A DNA stretch of 64,000 nt from an uncultured virus (IMG/VR IMGVR_UViG_3300017990_000011) (taxonomy: Duplodnaviria > Heunggongvirae > Uroviricota > Caudoviricetes), in IMG/VR virus record IMGVR_UViG_3300017990_000011. The stretch is one strand, 5' to 3'. This document shows, in pieces, positions 21,141 to 30,085 of the stretch; within the stretch, counting starts at the first letter, position 1; every line of letters starts with the position of its first letter. The position numbers were made by a program, and so were the translations under genes. Below the pieces are notes generated by a model that saw only the letters and a program-made list of their open reading frames with translations, was not told the origin of the DNA and made no database searches.

Positions 21141-21581
21141 ATGACGGCTCCGATCACGGAGTTTAAAGACGACTATAGATTTCTTTCTAACTTTTATCCA
21201 TCACCATTTGTCTATAACGGCGTACACTTCGCTACCAATGAACACTTCTATCAAGCATACAAGGCAGTAAGAAGAGACCAGTTCCTGCAAGTAGCTAGCG
21301 CGCCCACGCCAGGGGCAGCTAAGAAACTAGGTAGGACAGTCCAGATGATGGACCAATGGGATATGTATAAAGAGCAAATTATGTTCGTAGGACTGCAACA
21401 CAAATACTACAACAACCCTCAATTGAGGCAGATGCTCATTGATACAAATCCACGCATGTTAATAGAAGGTAATTGGTGGGGTGATAAGTACTGGGGTATA
21501 TGCCTCAAGACAAACGAGGGTGATAATAGGCTAGGTCACTTGCAGATGATGCTACGTGATCAGCTAATGCGAGGTGAATAA
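21141..21581 (+). CDS. NADAR family protein (YbiA-like)
   Basis: FLSNFYPSP; TNEHFYQAYKA; AKKLGR; LIEGNWWGDKYWG; GDNRLGHLQM. Confidence 0.92.
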   Translation: MTAPITEFKDDYRFLSNFYPSPFVYNGVHFATNEHFYQAYKAVRRDQFLQVASAPTPGAAKKLGRTVQMMDQWDMYKEQIMFVGLQHKYYNNPQLRQMLIDTNPRMLIEGNWWGDKYWGICLKTNEGDNRLGHLQMMLRDQLMRGE

Positions 21582-21936
21582 TGCAACGCAGAAAACCCGA
21601 GTCGATGTCAGCAGAGTTCTTCTGTCGAGACATCATAAGAATATTCAAGCAGACCATAAGGTCAGAGATGTCAGCCAGCCATGTTACATATGGTACTGGT
21701 ATACTAATGCAAGTAGATAAGAACCTTGAAGTGCCTAAGAGATTCATCATTACCACCGACGGACCGACTACTTTCGGGGCGGTAAAGATGATACTCGAGG
21801 ATTTGGGGTTGAGGAGAGAGGTGCCATCATGTAGGCACTATCTACTTGGTACCATCATTAGCGTCAAAATTGAACGGGCTAATGAGAAAGAAATATACAG
21901 CAATTACAAACGTCCAGGTAAATGGGATACAATAAA

Positions 21937-22407
21937 ATGATGGAACTGAATCATAACGAGTCAATAATGTTAAAACCAGGCAAGACGGTGGTATCTGTAG
22001 CTTTGGTTAAACAATACAACTCAGGTACCCCCGTCTTTGTTAGGTGTTACAGAAAGTCTAACACCTGGACACTGCCATCTACTGAAGTGGACTACACTGA
22101 TGAAGAAAGTCCAACTCGTACAGTATTATCTGTAGTGCATATGCTAGAGAAAGTATTGGATGATGATGCTTCTAGCTTCTCAATCAAGTCCATTGAACCA
22201 ATATGCGATATCATTGATAAAGATATACCATCCAGAGTGATGATGTATCTGGCCAAATTAGATAAGGGTATTGACGCATACCAATTATACACATCATCGG
22301 ACTGTGATAATTATCGTATCTCTCGCTTTATGCATCAGAACCAGTTGTTTAGAGTATTCAAAGCCATTACCCTCGAGCTGTATGTTAAGTATCTGAGGAG
22401 TTTATAA
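21937..22407 (+). CDS. degenerate Nudix-fold-like protein
   Basis: WTLPSTEVD...EESP resembles the W-x-L-P-G-G...E-S-P lead-in, but the REUXEEXGU helix is absent. Confidence 0.4.
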   Translation: MMELNHNESIMLKPGKTVVSVALVKQYNSGTPVFVRCYRKSNTWTLPSTEVDYTDEESPTRTVLSVVHMLEKVLDDDASSFSIKSIEPICDIIDKDIPSRVMMYLAKLDKGIDAYQLYTSSDCDNYRISRFMHQNQLFRVFKAITLELYVKYLRSL

Positions 22408-22859
22408 TGATAATCGTATTATTTATATTCATGATCTACGTATTCGGGATGATATTGAATTACTCAATGACGTTTGCATATCTCCAGAGAACTGTAGATG
22501 TAGCAAAGACCGGCTCTGCTAAGTTATCGAAGGATGTGTCATTCGCCTTTGTGTTGTCCTTTACAAGTTGGATTGGTGCGTTGTTCATATTCAATCATAT
22601 AATAAATAACTTACCAGGTACTAAATTCTCCGGCCTTCGTATTAACCCAGCTGAAACCAGTGAGTATTGGCAGGATCATAAGATGGAGACGCGGGCGATG
22701 GAAACAGCACGAGAAAGATTTAGAAACGCTGCTCATAAGCGAGACCACTATTTTACTACTAATGGTGGTAATATAACATTCCGTAATGGTCCACACTTTA
22801 AAGAAGAACCAATAGCAGTATCCAATAAAACGGGAGGTAGGTGCAAAAGTATATGGTAA
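22407..22859 (+). CDS. membrane protein with C-terminal GRCKSIW tag
   Basis: Two hydrophobic helices; ends KTGGRCKSIW-stop. Confidence 0.75.
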   Translation: MIIVLFIFMIYVFGMILNYSMTFAYLQRTVDVAKTGSAKLSKDVSFAFVLSFTSWIGALFIFNHIINNLPGTKFSGLRINPAETSEYWQDHKMETRAMETARERFRNAAHKRDHYFTTNGGNITFRNGPHFKEEPIAVSNKTGGRCKSIW

Positions 22860-22933
22860 TACTTTCGCGGGCGAAGACTGCAAAAGTATATGGTAATACT
22901 TTCGCCGGCGAAGACTGCAAAAGTATATGGTAA
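22860..22933 (+). repeat. two tandem 37-nt units, each ending in codons for CKSIW-stop
   Basis: TACTTTCGC(G/C)GGCGAAGACTGCAAAAGTATATGGTAA twice. Confidence 0.9.
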
Positions 22934-23240
22934 CCATGAGGGGGTGTAGTATGCCGAGTATGATTGAGTATTTGAATTCATATGGTGACAGGTATCAAAT
23001 ACCTAAAAGATCTGTAGCCTTTTTCCGCAGTAGAAAGAAAGAGCCGGTTAAGAATGAGGTCATGGAATTGACCAAGAGAATAAAGAAGAGGCGCGGCCAG
23101 ACTGCATCTATAACTCAACATAACGCGTCATTAGAGCTGGGGGTAAAGATGGAAGTAATAAGGCGGGTATTCACTGACCTTATAAAGGAAGGTGTGTTGA
23201 AACAAACAGACCGAGATGAATTTAGTATAGAATAGGAGGC

Positions 23241-23825
23241 ATGATGAGGCCGGTAATACAAGAACTTAATGCTTTTATAGTAGCAGAGCCGATAATGGCA
23301 CTTCTTTTTGGCTTAATAGCTATGTGTTTCATTATACTTATACTAAAGATGATGAAAGCATTCTTACCACCTAGCTTTTATGAATTCAAACGTATAGGTA
23401 AGTTCGTAGGCAAAGTACTTGAAGCATTTGGTGGCTTCATGATGTTTCTGGTGAGCATACCATTCAAGATACGTAAATCTATTAAAAAGGCAAAGTATGA
23501 GCGTAGGCTTAAGAGAGAGGCACAGATAGAAGAGGCCGCACGCAAGATGGTGGATGCCTTACCTAAGGTGAAGACTGTTATCAGAGAGATGGATGAATAC
23601 ACCTACTGCTATAACTGCGATATACACTATAATAAAAAATTACCTGAATGCCCGAATTGTTTTGCTCAAGATCTGGCAAAGGCGGATGTCAAGGCCATAT
23701 TCAGCATACTCAAAGGTGTTCGTGAGTTCAGATACCTATCATTTGATAGGGAACAGGATCTAATCAAGTTTATCAGTGAAAGAATGATAGGTGATAAGAT
23801 CGATGATTTAGGTAAGAAGGATTGA
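23241..23825 (+). CDS. membrane protein with zinc ribbon
   Basis: TM helix; CYNC...CPNC. Confidence 0.6.
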   Translation: MMRPVIQELNAFIVAEPIMALLFGLIAMCFIILILKMMKAFLPPSFYEFKRIGKFVGKVLEAFGGFMMFLVSIPFKIRKSIKKAKYERRLKREAQIEEAARKMVDALPKVKTVIREMDEYTYCYNCDIHYNKKLPECPNCFAQDLAKADVKAIFSILKGVREFRYLSFDREQDLIKFISERMIGDKIDDLGKKD

Positions 23826-23827
23826 TT

Positions 23828-24892
23828 ATGGGTAGATTAATGAGAAAGAAAAAGAAGAAGACCAAAGGTAAGAAGTTCGTAAAGGACGAACTTGTATCCA
23901 TTGTACCGGACACAGACAAACGGTATAATATGGGTGGCCCGGCCAGTAAATCTTTTTGGGAAGAGCCAGAGAAGAAAGTTGAAGAACCTGGCACTGGTGA
24001 GGTTATTCATACACATATGAGCAACCCATGCGCAGAGGTGAATATTAATGAGACCAGGCCAGTCGGTGAGAAGTTAGAACTCCATACATTTGGTGAGCCC
24101 ACTACTTATATTGATACCGAGGGTATAAAACATGGTGTGTTTGGCGCTGACCCTGATACTGCTGAAATTGATGGAGGATCCAACATACACATCGGTGAAG
24201 TAGATGATAACAAATGGATTACCTATGATAACGAAGACATGACCCTGAAGTGGACTGGGAAATGGGATGACGAGCCTGAGGAAATCAAAGAAAAGACTGT
24301 TGACCAGATGACCGAAAGAATATCTAAGGATTTAGCATTCGCTACTAAATATGGTATGAAGGGTACTACCAAAGATGAGATGGTAGCTAAGTTCAGTGAC
24401 ATCATCAATGAAACTTTGGAAAGTATAACAAACGAGCCTGATGATGTTGCTTTCGATGAGGAATTGGAAGATGCATTAGAAGAAGCAGCCAATGAAACTA
24501 CTATGGTGCCTGAGCCTAAACCACATAACTATTTTAGGTCTGGCCAACACATCCATATGGCAATAGACGACATGCCCGAAGAAGTGGATCCGGTAGATGA
24601 GGACAGAGAATTCTATCTTACTCATCAATTCAGTGTAAGTCCAAATGATCATGGTGAACCATCTAATGCATCGATAAATTTCTTAGCTGAGATAGCTGAT
24701 TATCTTGGGTACAACGCTACTGAATTACTGGCTGAAGCTCACGACATGAGTGTAGAAGAGGCGTATGACACTGAATTTAAACAAGCGTCGATAATCATGG
24801 GCATAGACTACGGAAGATATGTAGTTCGCAACGGCGGCGGCCCTGCTAAGGTATCAGACACAGCAAGGGGCAGATGCAAATCCATCTGGTGA
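23828..24892 (+). CDS. acidic hypothetical protein with basic N-terminus and C-terminal GRCKSIW tag
   Basis: Ends TARGRCKSIW-stop. Confidence 0.75.
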   Translation: MGRLMRKKKKKTKGKKFVKDELVSIVPDTDKRYNMGGPASKSFWEEPEKKVEEPGTGEVIHTHMSNPCAEVNINETRPVGEKLELHTFGEPTTYIDTEGIKHGVFGADPDTAEIDGGSNIHIGEVDDNKWITYDNEDMTLKWTGKWDDEPEEIKEKTVDQMTERISKDLAFATKYGMKGTTKDEMVAKFSDIINETLESITNEPDDVAFDEELEDALEEAANETTMVPEPKPHNYFRSGQHIHMAIDDMPEEVDPVDEDREFYLTHQFSVSPNDHGEPSNASINFLAEIADYLGYNATELLAEAHDMSVEEAYDTEFKQASIIMGIDYGRYVVRNGGGPAKVSDTARGRCKSIW

Positions 24893-24929
24893 TGGATTCG
24901 CGGTCGAAGACTGCAAAAGCATCTGGTAA
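24893..24929 (+). repeat. third 37-nt CKSIW cassette
   Basis: TGGATTCGCGGTCGAAGACTGCAAAAGCATCTGGTAA; 31/37 identical to the 22860 unit. Confidence 0.85.
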
Positions 24930-25184
24930 GGAGTTAACATGAAATGCAAGAGATGTGGTGCACTGATGATACCAGTGCTTACAGATAAGAAAGTCCAATG
25001 TACTGAATTCAGATGCTCTGACGACGGCTGCTACTGGGCTTCGGTCGAACCATGTGTTTTATGTGGTAAGCCATCAGGTTATCTCAAGGGAGATAATGTG
25101 GAAGGCAGAGCGAATTATACAGCGGCTGGGCAATTGTGCCCTACCTGCGCACAAACGCTCCAATAAGACAGGAGGTAAAAGGCA

Positions 25185-25712
25185 ATGAACAAAGGAGTTA
25201 TGGCCATTATTGGCATCGTCGTACTGGTGGTAGGAGTAGGTCTGTTCGGCTACAACGTTAGTGTGGACAACCGTGCAGTCATGCTCGGCAACAAGTTCGA
25301 CAAACAACTCGGCCTGGTAGAAGGATTCCACGATACCATGTGGAAGACCATCAAACAACAGGCCAACGTCACCGACAAGGCCAAGGACGCTTTCAAAGAG
25401 ATTTATACACCACTTATCGAAGGTCGATACTCACAGGGCGATGGGACGCTGATGAAGTGGGTCAAGGAACACAATCCTGAATTCGGCACCGAGATGTATC
25501 AGAAACTTATGGTGTCCATCGAATCTCTAAGAAAGCAGTTCTTCCATGTACAATCACAGGTCTTGGCCACCATCCAGGAGCATGACAACCTGCGGGAGCG
25601 ATTCCCGTCCAAGGTGTTCTGCAACGCGGAGCCTCTCGAGTACGAAGTTATATCTTCGACCCGCTCGAAACAGGTGATGAAGGACGGCAAGGACGATGAC
25701 GTCAGCTTGTAG
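25185..25712 (+). CDS. LemA-like membrane-anchored helical protein
   Basis: N-terminal TM, long helices, C-terminal HDNLRERFPSKVF (LemA-like YN...FP). Confidence 0.55.
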   Translation: MNKGVMAIIGIVVLVVGVGLFGYNVSVDNRAVMLGNKFDKQLGLVEGFHDTMWKTIKQQANVTDKAKDAFKEIYTPLIEGRYSQGDGTLMKWVKEHNPEFGTEMYQKLMVSIESLRKQFFHVQSQVLATIQEHDNLRERFPSKVFCNAEPLEYEVISSTRSKQVMKDGKDDDVSL

Positions 25713-25737
25713 ACTCGGAGTCTATAAAGCTGGTCAA

Positions 25738-25795
25738 GGGAGGCTACAGGGGTTTTAAACCACCTTTTTTACCCTGTACCTCCCTCAACTTTTTA
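25738..25795 (+). terminator. hairpin, putative terminator
   Basis: GGGAGG(C)TACAGGG...CCCTGTACCTCCC followed by CAACTTTTT. Confidence 0.55.
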
Positions 25796-25809
25796 AAGGA
25801 GGATATGTC

Positions 25810-27120
25810 ATGTTTGGTATGATGTGGTACGGGCTGCTGATACCAGTAGTCATTACGATCTTTCTATTCGCGTTCCATCGCAAAGCTACTGCATGGTGGG
25901 AACTCGTCGTCATATGGGCGGTCTCACTAGTAGTAATAGTAGTAGCACAAGTAACAGTCCAGCACTTCGCAGTTCAGGACAAGGAGTACTGGGGTAATCT
26001 AGGTGTAAAAGTACAACACGATGAACCATGGGCAGAGTGGAAGATTAATGGCTGCTCACGACAGGTACCATGCGGACAGACATGTACAGGTACCGGTTCG
26101 TCTCGCTCTTGTACAACCAAATATTGTACTCAGTGGTATGATTGTCTGAAATCCTATTCAAGGAAGACCTACCTTGTCAATAGACGCAACTCAGGTATGC
26201 GTGTATCATACAGTAAGTACAAGGAGCTGGTCAAACGTTGGGGTACTGGTGAAGAGTTCATTGACATGAAGCGCGAGAAGAATCATAACGTGCGTTCTCA
26301 TGGTGCCTATGATGGTGATAGGTATATATGTAAATGGGATAAGGATCCGTTTACTTCGGAGCCCATTGTCAGTGAGCACTGGTACGAGAACAGGGTGGCC
26401 GCTTCAGATAGTATACTCAACTTCGCTGATGTAAGCGAAGAGGATGTGGAATTCTATGGCTTACATGAGTATCCTGATGTGCCTGGTTGGTTAATCAGAA
26501 CCATAATGGATACCAAGAACTGGAAGAAACCGGATAAGTATTTCCAGTATCTGAATGGTAAGCTGGGGCCTGAACGCTTCCTGCGTATCTGGGTGCTGGT
26601 CTTCCGTGGTCAAGCTGATAGGATAGCAGCCTATAAACAGGTAGACTACTGGAAGAACGGTAATAAGAATGAATTCATCTATTGTATCGGTGTAGACAAG
26701 GCGGATAACATTCTGTGGGGTGAAACCATATCATGGACGGAGAAGGAAGACCTGAAGATTGAAGGTCGAAACTTCATTGAAAATGAAATGGGCGACAAAC
26801 TCACTGATGATTCCCTGATGGCGCTGGCTAAACACGCAGAGGCTACACTCGGTAAACGCTATGTTAAACCAGAGTTCACTGAGAAGTACAGTCATCTGTC
26901 TGTCACACCCAGTATTACTGCTATCATGATTGGTTGGTCTATCATAGCACTAATCAACCTTGGTATTGTGATATGGGTCATCAAGAATGAGTTCAAGATG
27001 GATCAATCATCACGGAGTAGAGACCCCAATGATCGTCCGCTACGTGGTATGTCCAAAACCAAGAAGATGAAACCTACACGTAGGCGTCGTACTTCCAAGC
27101 CTATAAGGAGGAAACGCTAA
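25810..27120 (+). CDS. multi-pass membrane protein with large extracytoplasmic Cys-containing domain
   Basis: Two N-terminal and one C-terminal TM helices; CSRQVPCGQTC...CTTKYC loop; adjacent to the LemA-like gene. Confidence 0.7.
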   Translation: MFGMMWYGLLIPVVITIFLFAFHRKATAWWELVVIWAVSLVVIVVAQVTVQHFAVQDKEYWGNLGVKVQHDEPWAEWKINGCSRQVPCGQTCTGTGSSRSCTTKYCTQWYDCLKSYSRKTYLVNRRNSGMRVSYSKYKELVKRWGTGEEFIDMKREKNHNVRSHGAYDGDRYICKWDKDPFTSEPIVSEHWYENRVAASDSILNFADVSEEDVEFYGLHEYPDVPGWLIRTIMDTKNWKKPDKYFQYLNGKLGPERFLRIWVLVFRGQADRIAAYKQVDYWKNGNKNEFIYCIGVDKADNILWGETISWTEKEDLKIEGRNFIENEMGDKLTDDSLMALAKHAEATLGKRYVKPEFTEKYSHLSVTPSITAIMIGWSIIALINLGIVIWVIKNEFKMDQSSRSRDPNDRPLRGMSKTKKMKPTRRRRTSKPIRRKR

Positions 27121-27536
27121 TGCTGTTAGGTGTACTTATTATAATGGCAATAGTCGCTGTATCACTGTGCATGGGGATCGGAGTAACTATATCCTTCCCC
27201 GTCGCAGTGGTACATGTAGTACCACCTGCTATGCTACTCTTTGCTTTCGGTTATATCAAAGACATGCTCACTAAGTCCAAAGATATATACGAAAGATTTT
27301 TCAACCTATGGATGGTAATCTTTTGTGGTTGGATGTCGATTAGTGGTAGTGTAGCATTAGGTAAGTACTACAATGAAGGTATAATACCAACAGCATCATG
27401 GACTGAATTGCCTGAAATACTCACATGGGCAGCAATTGGTATTGGTGTTGGTCTAGCCTTACACTTTATTGTTAAACGATTACGTATGTACCCAAGGAGG
27501 AATTACAGTGGCCCTAAATATCATAACTATAGATGA
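27120..27536 (+). CDS. hypothetical membrane protein
   Basis: Four hydrophobic segments. Confidence 0.6.
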   Translation: MLLGVLIIMAIVAVSLCMGIGVTISFPVAVVHVVPPAMLLFAFGYIKDMLTKSKDIYERFFNLWMVIFCGWMSISGSVALGKYYNEGIIPTASWTELPEILTWAAIGIGVGLALHFIVKRLRMYPRRNYSGPKYHNYR

Positions 27537-27963
27537 GGATCCAGGCAAATTATTAAGCCAACCATGCAAAACCGTGCCGCTAGATAAGATAAAAGATTAC
27601 TCTGATCTGGCACACGACATGCTTGACATGGCCAAAAGCATAGGTGCTCTGGGTCTGGCAGCCAACCAGGTTGGTGTGAACCGACGTCTGTTTGTATTGA
27701 CTAATGGTTCTATTATTGTGTTTAACCCTGAGATTATAGCCAAGTCCAACTTCATCACCTCTCGTGAAGAGGGTTGCCTCAGCGTGCCGGACAAGCGGTT
27801 CGATATACGTAGAGCCAAGACCATAGTGATCAGAGGCTATGATGTAGAGGGTAATGAATTCACCCTCAAGCCGAAGAAGAAGATGGACGCCATCGCTATT
27901 CAGCATGAGATAGACCATCTTAATGGTTTTACTCTTAATGACTTGGGAAAACAGGTGAGCTAA
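27508..27963 (+). CDS. def: peptide deformylase
   Basis: All three motifs present: GLAANQVG, EGCLS, QHEIDHLNG; GTG start after SD AAGGAGG. Confidence 0.95.
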   Translation: MALNIITIDEDPGKLLSQPCKTVPLDKIKDYSDLAHDMLDMAKSIGALGLAANQVGVNRRLFVLTNGSIIVFNPEIIAKSNFITSREEGCLSVPDKRFDIRRAKTIVIRGYDVEGNEFTLKPKKKMDAIAIQHEIDHLNGFTLNDLGKQVS

Positions 27964-28308
27964 TGGCTAATGCAGAACATGAGATAGTAAAGAGTTTCCT
28001 CATAAATGCAGGGATAACCGTGGCATTCTCTATCGTCTTATTAGTTATGGTCAAACAGTGGATAAAGGATATGTTCCGCCGCTATAACAGCCATGAAATA
28101 CATGATATCGGAAATATGTTTCATGAATTCAGGTGGAGCCTGGATTTCAAGATGACTATAATGATAAGCTATATTGTGATTGCATTATTAACCGGCCTCA
28201 TTGTATCCACAGGTTATAGCGCTGTTAGCACTTGGATACAAGGTGAAAATTTAATCACATGTATGAACGATGTCGAATCATTAAACTACCAAGCGAGGTT
28301 ACAAGGCT

Positions 28309-29643
28309 ATGCAATTCCAACGACTGGTGAGGAATGTGTTCAAGAAGACAGCGAGGCCGGAGGAGACGATAGCAAGGATTAAAGAAGGCTTCAAACGACT
28401 GGGACTTGATGAGGAGTTCACTATTGCACACCACTTTCCTAACGCGTACTCTACTCATATGCGTATATCAGACTTAGGTGTGTTCTCTAACGGCAAAGGT
28501 TTGAGTGAAGAGTTATCCGTAGCCTCAGCATATGGAGAGATGGTTGAACGTCTGTCTGCTGGTCTTCAAAACTTTGAACAACAACCATTCAAACAGTACT
28601 ACGGCTTGGATTCTATTATAAAGAGTCGCTTCGACACTTACCAGTACTTGCCTGGTTATGTGTGTGAACACGAGGATGCCATACCCAATGCTATACGAGT
28701 AGAGGACTTACTAGGGCACCTCAAACACTTGAAGAAGGCCGACCTTGAATTCATTAGGGATGAGTCTGAACTAACTCGACACTGGGTGGATGGCTATTCA
28801 CTATTGAATGATCGACAAGTCAAAGTACCACTCATGCTAGTGCGTTGGATTAGTGCCACTAATGGCTTAGCAAGCGGAAATACTATGGAGGAAGCCATAC
28901 TACACGGCTCGTATGAGTGTATTGAACGCTATGCTACCATCAAAGCAGTCAGAGATAAGATGATATTTCCCACCATAATATATGACACTATTAATGTTGA
29001 CTACTTAAAAGAGTTGATGAATACACTATATCAAAGTGGTGTTGAGTTTCATATAAAAGAGATGTCAATGGACTTGAGCATGTATATAACTGGTGTGGTG
29101 TTCATCAATCACAACGTACCAGAGGACTGCTTAGAACACATGTCCATCAAAGTGGGGTGTGCGAGTGATACTGAAGAGGCACTGGCTCGTTGCTTCACTG
29201 AGAGACTGCAAGGAGCCAACCCAGTACAAGAAGGTATGGCTCCTACATATATAACACCTGAGATGAAAGAAGATTATCTACCTATATTCTTCAAGGGCTA
29301 TAGTCCCAAACCATTGGAGATGATGAAACTCGGTACACAGATTAATTTTGAACGTGGAGATTCTCTCAACACTGGTACTGAACTGACCTTATTGAAGTCA
29401 ACATGTGAATCATTAGACACTGATTTAATAGTGGTTGATCAAACGCATCCTGTACTACAATTCCCTACAGTTAGAGTAATCATGCCGGGTATATCCGATT
29501 CAATGAGGTACTGGTCTGAGAAAAGCCTAACAAAAGAAATGATATCTAATACGTCCAAAGAAGATAACCGTAGGGATACTATGGTCATAAAACTAATGCG
29601 TTCGTTCTCGGAGGAGGCTTCAAATCCTGCCTCTGCAGGATAG
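28309..29643 (+). CDS. ycaO: YcaO-family protein
   Basis: PEETIARIK; SNGKG...ASAYGEMVER; TNGLASGNTMEEAILHG.YECIER; PTVRVIMPG.S. Confidence 0.88.
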   Translation: MQFQRLVRNVFKKTARPEETIARIKEGFKRLGLDEEFTIAHHFPNAYSTHMRISDLGVFSNGKGLSEELSVASAYGEMVERLSAGLQNFEQQPFKQYYGLDSIIKSRFDTYQYLPGYVCEHEDAIPNAIRVEDLLGHLKHLKKADLEFIRDESELTRHWVDGYSLLNDRQVKVPLMLVRWISATNGLASGNTMEEAILHGSYECIERYATIKAVRDKMIFPTIIYDTINVDYLKELMNTLYQSGVEFHIKEMSMDLSMYITGVVFINHNVPEDCLEHMSIKVGCASDTEEALARCFTERLQGANPVQEGMAPTYITPEMKEDYLPIFFKGYSPKPLEMMKLGTQINFERGDSLNTGTELTLLKSTCESLDTDLIVVDQTHPVLQFPTVRVIMPGISDSMRYWSEKSLTKEMISNTSKEDNRRDTMVIKLMRSFSEEASNPASAG

Positions 29644-29661
29644 TACCGAAGGGAGGTCGGT

Positions 29662-30075
29662 TTGGGTGAAATAATAAGTCCAAGGCCCATATTTAAAAAG
29701 GATGAGATACCCAAGAACAAGAGGGTTGAAAGACTGTTACTTGGGAGCCAAACGTCAGGCGTTGTCTTCGATGTAACCCGTAAGGGACTTACGGTTAATG
29801 GTTATTATCCAGGCGGCAACAACGGCACATTGTATGGTATACTCAGTAAACCTATTGAGATACCATGGGATGAGCTGGATAAGATGCGTAAGGCTGTCTT
29901 CCGTCCTAAGGGCAAGAAGAAGAAACAGATTGAGTTTGACATTGATGACAATCCAGATCAGAAATATCTTGACAAACTACCTAAAGTGACTATATTAGGT
30001 AGAAAGTATTATATAGATGCCGAACGGAAAGAAAGACGTCCGGTCGATTATCCAAATAGAGTGTATAAGTTTTAA
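29662..30075 (+). CDS. hypothetical protein
   Basis: SD GGAGG before a TTG start. Confidence 0.6.
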   Translation: MGEIISPRPIFKKDEIPKNKRVERLLLGSQTSGVVFDVTRKGLTVNGYYPGGNNGTLYGILSKPIEIPWDELDKMRKAVFRPKGKKKKQIEFDIDDNPDQKYLDKLPKVTILGRKYYIDAERKERRPVDYPNRVYKF

Positions 30076-30085
30076 AGGAGTTAAT

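Noticed and set aside
21581..21940. C-terminus KRPGKWDTIK as another tag copy
   Set aside because: Similar register but lacks Cys, Ser and terminal Trp; cannot be supported.
22842..22933. 37-nt repeats as a CRISPR mini-array
   Set aside because: Units are directly adjacent with no unique spacers, and no cas genes are in the window.
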